Source: Trueperaceae bacterium
GTDB taxonomy: Bacteria; Deinococcota; Deinococci; Deinococcales; Trueperaceae
DNA: 64,000 nt
Direction of reading: 5' to 3'
Assembly (NCBI GenBank): GCA_965213925.1
Contig: OZ243927.1
Span: 1,632,001-1,696,000, forward strand
In this document: in pieces, positions 39,653 to 48,710 of the stretch
Position numbering within the stretch: the first letter of the stretch is position 1
How the letters are laid out: each line of letters starts with the position of its first letter
Made by a program: the position numbers and the translations under genes
The notes under the pieces: model-generated
What the model was told of the DNA's origin: nothing
Seen by the model: the letters and a program-made list of their open reading frames with translations, nothing else
The model's database searches: none

Positions 39653-41745
39653 GGTTCATCATCGCCAGCACCTTTACCGATAGCCTCGCTAAGCTGGACC
39701 CGCAGAGCCAGTCTTTAGTCAAACAGTCCGCCTTCGACTTCCAACTCAACCCGGAGAACCCCGGCTTCCAATTTCACCGCGTTACCAAAGCGAAAGAGAA
39801 GCTCTTCTGGTCCTTTCGCGTCAACCGCGACATCCGCATCATCCTCTACAAGAGCGCAGCAGATTTCATCCTCTGTTACACCGACCACCATGACGCCGCT
39901 TATACTTGGGCTGAGCGGCGCAAGATGGACATCCACCCCGAAACGGGCGCTGCGCAGCTCGTCGAGATTCGGGAGCGGACCGAAGAGATCGTCCAGCGCA
40001 TCTATAAGCAGGTCGAGCAGGAGCCTGCCCTTTTCGAGCGCTACGAGCCTGACTATCTTCTCGCCTTGGGTGTTCCTCACGAGTGGCTCGACGCTGTACG
40101 GTACGTCGGCGAGGGTGGCTTCTTCGAACTCATCGGTGTGCTCCCGGAAGAGGCTGGCGAGCATCTCATGCAGCTTGCTCAGGGTCATCCCGTCCCTCGA
40201 CCCGTTCTACTCCGAGAACAAGACCCCTTCACGCACCCCGACGCCAAGCGCCGCTTTAGAGTCGTAGACCAAGATCAGCGGCTTTTAGAGAGCGCCCTCG
40301 CCGCGCCGTGGGAGCAGTGGATCGTCTTCTTGCACCCGGACCAACGCACTGTAGTTGAAAACGACTATAGCGGTCCCGCACGTGTCTCTGGCGGCGCGGG
40401 CACCGGCAAGACTGTTGTGGCGCTCCACCGCGTCGCCCACCTCGCCGAACAAAACCCCGATGCTCGCATTTTACTCACCACCTTTTCCACCACGCTCGCC
40501 AAACGCCTCCAGCACAACCTCGTCCTTCTCATCGGTGAAGAGGTTCAGACCCGCGTCACGGTCTGCAACCTACATAGCCTCGCCAAAGACCTTTGGGAAG
40601 CGCACGCCCAAGTACCCTTCAAACCCCTTACAGGTGACAAGCTCGCCCAGCATCTCCAACGAGCCATGAAAACCGTCGGGCATACTGAATTCTCTATCGA
40701 CTTTCTTAGGAGCGAGTGGCACGCACTCGTCGAAGAGTCGGGCATCGGCAGTTGGAACGCTTACAAGACCGTCCCGCGTACAGGGCGCAGCGTCCCGCTC
40801 GGAGCACGCCAACGGCGTGCGGTCTGGAACGTTTTTGAGGAGGTCAAACGCGCTCTACAAGCAGACAGCCTCACCAGCTTCAGCCAACTCTGCTTCGAAG
40901 CCGCGCACCTGTTCGCGGACGCCCCGAAGCCCTTTGATCATATTGTCGCGGACGAGATTCAGGACTTCGGCACGCCAGAGCTTACCTTCCTGCGCGCCCT
41001 CGTACCTGAAGCGCCGAACGACCTCTTCCTATGCGGTGACATGGGGCAGCGCATCTACAAGCCTCGAACTTCATTCTTAGCCCAAGGGGTTGATATCCGG
41101 GGACGCTCAACTATTCTCAGGCTCAACTATAGAACCACAGAGCAGATTCGCCGCTACGTCGATACCCTCTTGCCAGGCGCAATCGCCGACGGGGACGGCG
41201 AGACAGAAGCCCGCAACGCTGTTTCCGTTCTGAGCGGTCCTGAGCCTGAAGTCGCGTTATTCAGAGACACTTTAGAGGAAGCGGACCATGTCGCCAACTG
41301 GCTTAAAGCGCTTCTAAGCGGAGGCTATGAGGCGAGAGACATCGCCGTTTTCGCCCGCACAAAGGCTGTGCTTCAGGAGCGAGCTGAGCCCGTACTCGCA
41401 CGCTGCGGTATCGAGACCTGCCACCTAACGGACGACACAGCTTCCCTAGTCGAACACGCCGCTCTCGGCACAATGCACCGCGCTAAGGGACTGGAGTTCA
41501 AGGCTGTCCTCGTGGTGGGCTGCGAAAGTGAATTGCTTCCTCTCACTTGGGTGCTCAACTCCCTAGAACCAAGCGAACAAGACAGTTTCGTAGAGCAGGA
41601 GCGTAATTTACTCTATGTTGCGTGCACACGGGCGAGAGAGCGGCTTCTCCTTACCTCCGTCGGTACGCCGTCGCGGTATCTCGCGAATGAGATGTACACG
41701 GTCTCGTCAAAAGGCGGCAAGGTTTCGGGCGGGTGGAACTCGTAG
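39649..41745 (+). CDS. UvrD/Rep SF1 helicase with RelE-like N-terminal domain
   Basis: NPGFQFHRV...WSFRVNRDIRII; GGAGTGKT, DEIQD, NYRT, HRAKGLEF, YVACTRA; GTGA overlap with the upstream gene. Confidence 0.88.
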   Translation: MRFIIASTFTDSLAKLDPQSQSLVKQSAFDFQLNPENPGFQFHRVTKAKEKLFWSFRVNRDIRIILYKSAADFILCYTDHHDAAYTWAERRKMDIHPETGAAQLVEIRERTEEIVQRIYKQVEQEPALFERYEPDYLLALGVPHEWLDAVRYVGEGGFFELIGVLPEEAGEHLMQLAQGHPVPRPVLLREQDPFTHPDAKRRFRVVDQDQRLLESALAAPWEQWIVFLHPDQRTVVENDYSGPARVSGGAGTGKTVVALHRVAHLAEQNPDARILLTTFSTTLAKRLQHNLVLLIGEEVQTRVTVCNLHSLAKDLWEAHAQVPFKPLTGDKLAQHLQRAMKTVGHTEFSIDFLRSEWHALVEESGIGSWNAYKTVPRTGRSVPLGARQRRAVWNVFEEVKRALQADSLTSFSQLCFEAAHLFADAPKPFDHIVADEIQDFGTPELTFLRALVPEAPNDLFLCGDMGQRIYKPRTSFLAQGVDIRGRSTILRLNYRTTEQIRRYVDTLLPGAIADGDGETEARNAVSVLSGPEPEVALFRDTLEEADHVANWLKALLSGGYEARDIAVFARTKAVLQERAEPVLARCGIETCHLTDDTASLVEHAALGTMHRAKGLEFKAVLVVGCESELLPLTWVLNSLEPSEQDSFVEQERNLLYVACTRARERLLLTSVGTPSRYLANEMYTVSSKGGKVSGGWNS

Positions 41746-41821
41746 GGCCCGCCTAAAGCATCGCCGATGAGGAGACCGACCAAAACTCCGGTGAGGTGGT
41801 CGGATCATCTAATGAGAATAA

Positions 41822-41971
41822 CACCGCGAGGACATCAAGGCGGCGGTGCGCTCAGCGGTCAAGCGGGTGCTGAGACACCGCAAGGTCAAGCGGGAGGACT
41901 GGGACACGCTGGTGGTGCTTATCATGGACCAGGCGGAGGCGCTGTATAAGGACTGGCCGCAGGCGGCGTAG
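41822..41971 (+). pseudogene. hsdR: Type I R-M HsdR extreme C-terminal remnant
   Basis: HREDIKAAVRSAVKRVLRHRKVKRED...DQAEALYKDWPQAA*; 11 mismatches in 150 nt versus 55890-56039 (hand count). Confidence 0.8.
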
Positions 41972-42157
41972 TCGCCAAGTCCTTCACCCTTCACTAAAAT
42001 GGGTCAACCCCACCACAGAACCCGTTGGAGCCCTGCCGCTGTAAGAATTCTGTCAGTGGATGCTCTTTATGCTTGAAGCGATTGCTCGCTCATTAAGAAA
42101 ATATACAAACGGAGGTTTGGACAAGCTGAGCGGGCGTCCGAGGCACGGGAGGACTCT

Positions 42158-44245
42158 ATGATTCGGATGAAGGCATCATTCCTTACGGAACTGCACAGCT
42201 TGCCTGCGGGACCACAAAAAAAGGCGGACAAGGTCATCACGGCTCTCGAGAGACAACGAGGGCGCTACCCGGACGCCATCAAGCTCAAAGGCTACCGCGA
42301 CCTCTACCGCGTCCGCATCGGCAAGTACCGCCTCATCTACGAGAAGAGCCGCAACCAAGTTTTGGCGCACTGCATCAGACCGCGAGCGACCGTATATAAG
42401 AGCTTGGAACTCGTCGAAGAGGAGCAGCTTGACCACTTGGACGCGGAGTTTGACGATGTACTCGACACCTCCCTATCAGCCGAACGAGAGGTTGGTCATG
42501 GCGAAGAAGACTTACCCGAGCGGCTCACCCCTCAGTTCCTGAGCGCGTGGAACATTCCTAAGCCCTACCACAGCGCCCTAGCACATTGCCGCACCGAGAC
42601 GGACCTCTTGGAGACCTGCCTTAAAGGGGTACCCTACCCCGTCTTTTCCAGTCTCATCGCCGCTCTATACCCGTCAAACCTTCAGCAGCTACAAGCGGAC
42701 GCGACCTACCGCCTGCCTAGCGAAGAGGAGCGTAAACGCCTCGCGGCGGGCGAGCTGACTAGCTTTTTGCTGGTTTTAGACGACGAGCAGACCCGCTTGG
42801 CGGAGCTGAGCCTGGATACCGCGCGAGGACCGATCCTCGTCAAGGGCGGACCGGGCAGCGGCAAGAGCACCATCGCCCTACACCGCATCAAAAAGATTCT
42901 GGAGCGGGAACACCAGAAGCTCGCAGACGCCCCCGTGCGCATCCTCTTCGCCACCTATACCAAAGCACTCACCAACGCCAACAAAGAGCTGCTGAATAGC
43001 CTGCTAGGGACGGGCAAGCACACCGTCGAGGTCACTACCGTCGACGCGGTGGCTTATCGAGTCGTGAGAAAGTGTGGGTCGTTACCCGTAGAGCGGTTGA
43101 GCGAGGACCACGCCGCGACCCTGAAGTTTTTTAGAGAGGCCAAGGCGTCTGTAAACCTCCCTAAGTCGCTTCAAGCCTTTCAGGAGGGCTACCTTGTCGA
43201 AGAACTCTTCCAGGTCATCGAAGCTCAGGGGCTCCTGACCGAAGAGGACTACTTGCGCAGCAAGCGACTGGGTCGCAAAGCCAAGCTCCCGAAGGCCGCG
43301 CGGCAGGCGCTCTGGAGCATCTACGAGCGCTTCTTGGAGCGGATGCTCGCGGCGCGGATGCAGACCTGGGACGGGCTCCGCACCGAAGCCTACGGCTACG
43401 TGCGAAACGGCATCTACGGGGAGAAGTACGACTACGTGGTCATCGACGAGGCGCAAGACCTCACCCCCTCCGGGCTGCGCCTGATGGTCGAACTCTGCAA
43501 GCACCCTAACGCCCTCTACCTCACCGCAGACGCCGACCAAGCGCTCTACAAGTCGGGTTTCTCGTGGCGCAAGGTCCACGCCGACCTCAACGTCAGCGGG
43601 CGCACCTACGTGCTCAGGCGCAACTACCGCAATACCCAGGAGATTAGCGCGGCAGTAGACGATATCCAGCAGCAGATGAGCGGCGAGCGCCAAGAAGCCC
43701 ATCAACTAGGCGTGAAACGGGGGCGCAAACCGAAAGTGATTTTGACAACGCCAAACACAGAGGTCGCCCAGCTCAAACAGCACCTCAAGGCGGCGTGCAA
43801 GGACACTAAGCAGCCCCTCACCAACGTCGCGGTGCTCCTCGCCGGCGACCAGAAGTACGCCCACACGCGGGGTCGGCAGCTCGCCCAGGCACTTAAAGAC
43901 ACCGGCTTGCCCGCGAACTACTTCGCCGCCAAAGATTTGAGGCTTGACGCACGCTGCATCAAGGTCATGTCGCTTTACGCGAGCAAAGGGTTGGAGTTCC
44001 CGGTCGTAGTCCTCTGGGATGTCAACGACGGTCTCCTGCCACGTCGGGTGGAGCACCTACCCGAAGCGGAGCAGCGCGAGGAAGCGAGTCGAGACCGGCG
44101 GCTTTTCTACGTCGGGGCGTCGCGGGCCATGCAGAGTCTAGCGGTGTTTGCGGACCGGGACAAAGTCTCGCGGTTTGTTACGGAGCTGTCACCTGATGTC
44201 TGGGAATTGCCCGCTTGGGATGAGGCGGTGTTGAAGGCTGCTTGA
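42158..44245 (+). CDS. RelE/ParE-UvrD helicase fusion
   Basis: IKLKGYRDLYRVRIGKYRLIY; GGPGSGKS, DEAQD, NYRN, SKGLEF, YVGASRA. Confidence 0.88.
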   Translation: MIRMKASFLTELHSLPAGPQKKADKVITALERQRGRYPDAIKLKGYRDLYRVRIGKYRLIYEKSRNQVLAHCIRPRATVYKSLELVEEEQLDHLDAEFDDVLDTSLSAEREVGHGEEDLPERLTPQFLSAWNIPKPYHSALAHCRTETDLLETCLKGVPYPVFSSLIAALYPSNLQQLQADATYRLPSEEERKRLAAGELTSFLLVLDDEQTRLAELSLDTARGPILVKGGPGSGKSTIALHRIKKILEREHQKLADAPVRILFATYTKALTNANKELLNSLLGTGKHTVEVTTVDAVAYRVVRKCGSLPVERLSEDHAATLKFFREAKASVNLPKSLQAFQEGYLVEELFQVIEAQGLLTEEDYLRSKRLGRKAKLPKAARQALWSIYERFLERMLAARMQTWDGLRTEAYGYVRNGIYGEKYDYVVIDEAQDLTPSGLRLMVELCKHPNALYLTADADQALYKSGFSWRKVHADLNVSGRTYVLRRNYRNTQEISAAVDDIQQQMSGERQEAHQLGVKRGRKPKVILTTPNTEVAQLKQHLKAACKDTKQPLTNVAVLLAGDQKYAHTRGRQLAQALKDTGLPANYFAAKDLRLDARCIKVMSLYASKGLEFPVVVLWDVNDGLLPRRVEHLPEAEQREEASRDRRLFYVGASRAMQSLAVFADRDKVSRFVTELSPDVWELPAWDEAVLKAA

Positions 44246-44417
44246 CGAGTCTAGCGTTCGCCTTCGTGGAGGCAGCTACTGAGGAGCACCGCTGGGTGAA
44301 CGAACGTCGCGACGAAGCCAGTTCTTATGGACACTACCAACCACTGCACACTATCCACCATAGCCACGCACTTTGCACCAACGAAAGGATCAGCAAAACT
44401 ATGACTGCGAGGATTTC

Positions 44418-45119
44418 ATGCTGATAGCCCGACTTTCTCTTCGGATTATCTACCCGCTATGCTTCGCTTTAGCCTCACTTCTCTCTTTCGGCCTCGCCCA
44501 ACCGGGGAGTCCACCTCCACTGGGACTCGTTCTCAAAATCGAAACGGCGCAGCGGCTCAGACAGGGACAACTAGAAAAGCTCGTCTGGATCGAGCGAGCC
44601 ACCGCTAAGCGCGTTGAGGTGTTTACCAGCAGATCAGGTCGGACGCACGTGCGATTTGATTTCGAGGCGAACGGTGAGTGGTTTTCCGCCATCATGTTTG
44701 CCGGTGAATGGACGGAAACCGAGGTCTCACTGCTGCGTTCCCAAGAGGTTAGTCTAATCGGACTCTGGGACAGATACGGCGGCGCGCATTCACTGGTGAC
44801 TAAGTGGGTGACGCTCGCAAACGCTTACGCGGACCCCTACGAAACGGCTCAGGCTGTTGACCGGGAACGAGACATGGTCAGCATAGAGAACGCTCACACC
44901 TATGACATCACTAAGTTTGTAAGCCGATCAACCCGGATGCACGCGCGTTTCAAATTTCGCGTTGCGGGTCGTAGCGACGAGTTTAGCGGCATCGTTTATG
45001 AGGGCGTGTGGAACACCGATCTGCTGGACCGATTACGCTCTGGAACGGCTAATCTGGTGGGCTACTGGGAGGAGTATCAAGGTGAACCCTCGTTTGTACT
45101 CCGCGCTGTGGAGCCCTGA
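44418..45119 (+). CDS. Secreted protein with two tandem beta-rich (possibly OB-fold) repeats
   Basis: Signal-peptide-like N-terminus ending GLA-Q; repeat FTSRSGRTHVRF...GLWDRYGG versus FVSRSTRMHARF...GYWEEYQG. Confidence 0.65.
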   Translation: MLIARLSLRIIYPLCFALASLLSFGLAQPGSPPPLGLVLKIETAQRLRQGQLEKLVWIERATAKRVEVFTSRSGRTHVRFDFEANGEWFSAIMFAGEWTETEVSLLRSQEVSLIGLWDRYGGAHSLVTKWVTLANAYADPYETAQAVDRERDMVSIENAHTYDITKFVSRSTRMHARFKFRVAGRSDEFSGIVYEGVWNTDLLDRLRSGTANLVGYWEEYQGEPSFVLRAVEP

Positions 45120-46867
45120 TGCCGTCGATATTCGCTAAACCATCCTTTAGGGCGTCGTCTCTTTCAAACGTGTTCTACGAGTATCTGGAGTCGCTTGGAG
45201 ATGATACCGAGGTGCTGCTGGAGTTTGTGTCACTCGGACCCGATAAGCGTCAGATAGACTGCGCCATTCTCAGCCCCAAAGGTGTTGACCTCATCGAAGT
45301 CAAAAATAAGTGGGGCAAAGTCACGGGCAGAGCGAACTGTGAATGGCAGGTTGAATATCGGGGAAAAGTCGAAGCTATCTATAACGTCAAACGCGGCGTC
45401 CGAGAGAACCCGTTCGGGCAAGCGGACCATTCTGCTCGGGACTTCAAAGAGGGAATTCGCTGGTTCACTCACAAAGACATTCCGGTTTACCCTTTGGTAC
45501 TCATCCCGCAGGGTCACCCCCAATCGTTCTTTGAGCGCCACAACTTCGTTTATCACGCCAACGGCGTTGCCGAGCTGCCTGCCAAGCTGCGAGCACTGCA
45601 TCCAAAGCGTCCTGAGCAGCACTGGGATAGAGCACAACGCCGAGCGCTGATTGAACACCTGGGGTTAAGTGAGGTCGGCTTAGCCAGGGTTGTAGGTGAG
45701 TTGCTCGATCAGCATACTGGGGAGGGCATTGCAGGAGCCAGAGTTCGCTTTGAGAGTGCACCTGCAACCGAGACCGGGCAAGAGCCGAGTACGCTCACCA
45801 ACGACAGGGGAGAGTTCAGCGCTATGCTTCCTGTCGGGCACATGCGCCTCGTAATTCAGCCTCCAGAACCCTACCTGTCACGTAAAGTGCCCAAGGAGGC
45901 GACGCAAGGCTTCAACAAGCTTGACCCTATCCGACTGACCTCTCGAGATCACAGCTCGCCCCCGAACGAGGTATTCGGTAAGACCTTAGAAGAGATTAAA
46001 GTACAGCTTCACCAGCTTAATCAACGCCCGAGAGATAGCTTTCGCGAAGAGTTCAAACAGGAGGTCCAGGACGAGCTTCAAGACCAAGGAGACACGCTCA
46101 GGCTCTTGTCAAGCGAGTTTCGGCGTCTTGAAAACAGATTAGAGCAGCCCGTTGAACCCTCTCGTGAGGACCCCTGCGTAAGAGATGCACGTGACCTCAA
46201 GCAGCAGCTCACTGACCCACGCACACCACTAGATAAGGTAACAGGTACGACAACGCAGTCAAGAGCACAGCAAGCAGTCGAGCATGGGCCCGTGCCGGAG
46301 CGCAAAGTGCAACTCGGTAGCTCGGCCGAGCCAGGGCAAGCACTCCACAACGAGAGCTTGACAGATGTCTCGTCGGAGCCTTCCCGCTCTCAACCTTTTC
46401 GGAAACGCTCACGTCGGCTAGGTCTTTTGTATGTAAGCGCCGCGTTTCTCGTACTGGCAGGCGCTGGCACATGGTTCACAGCACAAGAGAGACCCGAGCA
46501 AGGAATATTAGCGGTCCCTACGGAGAGGCGAGTGGGGCAGACGCCAGCGGCACAGAGCAGCTTTGTGACACGCCTTCAAAACCTCTTTTACCAGCGTTCC
46601 ACCTTGCCTGGACAGCCTGTTCTTCTCGAGACCGAGTCCCAGCGCTTACCTGAGCAAGCCGTTTTAGAGCGCCCCCACGCCGGAGCCTCAGCGATTTCAT
46701 CTCACGCTTGTCCGCAGAGTCATCCTCTTAAAGGCAACGTCAACGCGCAGGGCGTCAAGATTTATCATCGACCAAGTCAGACATACTACGGCGTCACCGT
46801 GCCTGAAGCCTGTTTTGCGTCGTCAGAGGAGGCGCTGAGGGCTGGCTTTCGAGCGAGCAAGAAATAG
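45119..46867 (+). CDS. NERD nuclease fused to an Ig-like domain, coiled coil, TM helix and C-terminal thermonuclease-associated (Ada-like) domain
   Basis: QIDCAIL...IEVKN, ENPFGQ; GIAGARV...TNDRGEF; LGLLYVSAAFLVLAGAGTWF; CP..HPLKGN...KIYH...CFASSEEALRAGFR. Confidence 0.8.
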   Translation: MPSIFAKPSFRASSLSNVFYEYLESLGDDTEVLLEFVSLGPDKRQIDCAILSPKGVDLIEVKNKWGKVTGRANCEWQVEYRGKVEAIYNVKRGVRENPFGQADHSARDFKEGIRWFTHKDIPVYPLVLIPQGHPQSFFERHNFVYHANGVAELPAKLRALHPKRPEQHWDRAQRRALIEHLGLSEVGLARVVGELLDQHTGEGIAGARVRFESAPATETGQEPSTLTNDRGEFSAMLPVGHMRLVIQPPEPYLSRKVPKEATQGFNKLDPIRLTSRDHSSPPNEVFGKTLEEIKVQLHQLNQRPRDSFREEFKQEVQDELQDQGDTLRLLSSEFRRLENRLEQPVEPSREDPCVRDARDLKQQLTDPRTPLDKVTGTTTQSRAQQAVEHGPVPERKVQLGSSAEPGQALHNESLTDVSSEPSRSQPFRKRSRRLGLLYVSAAFLVLAGAGTWFTAQERPEQGILAVPTERRVGQTPAAQSSFVTRLQNLFYQRSTLPGQPVLLETESQRLPEQAVLERPHAGASAISSHACPQSHPLKGNVNAQGVKIYHRPSQTYYGVTVPEACFASSEEALRAGFRASKK

Positions 46868-46936
46868 CTGCTTGGTTTTTCAGCGGGTCACGTGAACATC
46901 AAAGTGCAACCTTAAATGCCTAATTGTAAATCCCTG

Positions 46937-46960
46937 TTTCCACTTTCCGGAAAGTGGAAA
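46937..46960. promoter_or_regulatory. Perfect 24-bp palindrome, probable operator of the HTH/NTase operon
   Basis: TTTCCACTTTCCGGAAAGTGGAAA just upstream of the start codon. Confidence 0.7.
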
Positions 46961-46973
46961 TCTGTGTTAAGCT

Positions 46974-47492
46974 GTGCTTGTGTTACAGCCTCAAGACGTG
47001 CTGGTCGGCCTTAAATTTGCCGCCAGTCCAACTCAGCCGATCGGCTACGAGCGGCTTGCAGATGAACTCGGCATTGGCTTGTCAAGTGCGCACCGCTCCG
47101 TCCAGCGCCTCACCAAAGCTGGGCTGCTCAGTCCAGAGCGCAAAGTCAACCGAGCGGCGCTCTTGGAGTTCGTCTTACACGGGGTCCGGTACGCCTACTA
47201 CGTCAAACCAGGTGAGCTTACGCGCGGTCTCCCTACCGCCTACGCTGCGCCGCCGCTTGCTGGCATCATCAGGTCGGGTAGTGAGATACCTGTTTGGCCC
47301 GACCCGGAGGGCACGGTGCGGGGCTACGCGGTAACGCCCCTACATAAGTCAGTGCCGGAGGCGGCAAAGCGTGACCCCGACTTGTATGAGCTTCTCGCGC
47401 TCGTGGACGCGGTTCGGATAGGCCGCGTCAGAGAGCAGAAGATCGCATCTGAATTGCTAACGGAGCGCCTGAAGTCAGGCATTAGGCTATGA
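46974..47492 (+). CDS. Winged-HTH protein (AbiEi/antitoxin-like)
   Basis: YERLADELGIGLSSAHRSVQRL; RGLPTA, PVWP, LALVDAVRIGRVRE. Confidence 0.72.
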   Translation: MLVLQPQDVLVGLKFAASPTQPIGYERLADELGIGLSSAHRSVQRLTKAGLLSPERKVNRAALLEFVLHGVRYAYYVKPGELTRGLPTAYAAPPLAGIIRSGSEIPVWPDPEGTVRGYAVTPLHKSVPEAAKRDPDLYELLALVDAVRIGRVREQKIASELLTERLKSGIRL

Positions 47493-48178
47493 GTGATCCC
47501 GTTTTAGAGAACATCATGACGGTGGCGCAATGCTTGCAGGAGGTCGGCGTGGAGGACGCCGTCTTTGTCGGGGGTGCGACGGTGGGCTTGCTACTCACGG
47601 ACCCGGCTGCGCCTGAAGCGAGGCCGACGCTGGATGTTGACGTTGTCACGCCCGTCGCGTCCCGCCGCGCTTTCAACATGCTTGAGGCTAAGCTCAGGGA
47701 GGCAGGTTACACGCAGCCGTTAGGAGAGCCTATCTGCCGCTGGGTCATCGCCGGGGTCACAGTGGACCTCATGCCGCCGGACGAGGCCATCCTCGGCTTC
47801 TCGAACCGCTGGTACGGCGACCTTGTCGAGCACGCCGAGCCTAGAGCGCTGCCGAACGGCACTCTTATCCAGTTAGTCAGCACGCCCTACCTAGTCGCCA
47901 CCAAGCTCGAAGCGTTCCGGGGACGGGGGCAAGAGGACTACCGCTTCAGTCATGACCTCGAAGACATCATTATCCTCTTTGACGGACGCGAAGAGGTCGT
48001 GGGCGAGATAGAGCGAGCGCTTGACGACGTTCGCACCTATATCGTCAGCGAGTTCAGGCGGCTGCTGGGCGACACCGAGTTCCTGGAGGCTGTACCCGAG
48101 CACTTAGCTCCAGACGCGGCTAGTCAGGCGAGGGCGTCAGTAATTCTCGAGCGTATGAGGCGTCTGCTTGTGCTCTAA
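47489..48178 (+). CDS. Nucleotidyltransferase-fold protein (AbiEii-like)
   Basis: FVGG...RPTLDVDVV, VDLMP, TKLEAFRGRG, SHDLEDI; ATGA overlap. Confidence 0.75.
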   Translation: MSDPVLENIMTVAQCLQEVGVEDAVFVGGATVGLLLTDPAAPEARPTLDVDVVTPVASRRAFNMLEAKLREAGYTQPLGEPICRWVIAGVTVDLMPPDEAILGFSNRWYGDLVEHAEPRALPNGTLIQLVSTPYLVATKLEAFRGRGQEDYRFSHDLEDIIILFDGREEVVGEIERALDDVRTYIVSEFRRLLGDTEFLEAVPEHLAPDAASQARASVILERMRRLLVL

Positions 48179-48237
48179 CAAGAAGGTCAATAGAGGTCGT
48201 GCTGCGCGGTTCTTAACCCATGTCGTCGCTTCAGGCG

Positions 48238-48522
48238 TCAGTTAGCAGGTACGATCACCGGCGCGTCCGCGTCTTCACGCTCGCCCGAGCTATCCGAAGG
48301 CCGGCTCACCAGCTCACCCTGCACGACTATCGCGCTCAACCCGCCGCTATCTGAGTTGATCGCCTCTTGCGCGCGTAGGAACTGCATCACTTCCACCGTC
48401 TCGGGCACGGAGAGTCCCACGCTACGTTCCGGCTACCGACCGTCAGAATCATCAGGGGCAGTGTGCCGTCAGTGGTAATACCCGCCGCCGTACGTGGGTA
48501 GCGCCGCACCACCAGTAACCAT
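48238..48522 (-). pseudogene. Phosphodiester glycosidase (DUF2233/NAGPA) C-terminal remnant
   Basis: RYPRTAAGITTDG, frameshift, DGR*PERSVGLSVPE...AINSDSGGLS...RPSDSSGER. Confidence 0.7.
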
Positions 48523-48710
48523 TATCAAGCTCACGAGTGTGATCAACTGCCGAACGCGGTGTATTGTGCTCTGCCTATATGTTTACCCCAGACACTGGTA
48601 GAAGCTAGCAGGCAGGCGTCAGCCGCGCGTCGGTATGGACTGATGGCGGTTCTAGGCGCACCATAACGTCTACCCCTCGGGTTAGAAGCAAATTAGTCAC
48701 GACGAGAGCG

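Noticed and set aside
26186..41745. Canonical DISARM or BREX call
   Set aside because: No PLD DrmC or separate DrmB; no PglZ, BrxC or BrxL
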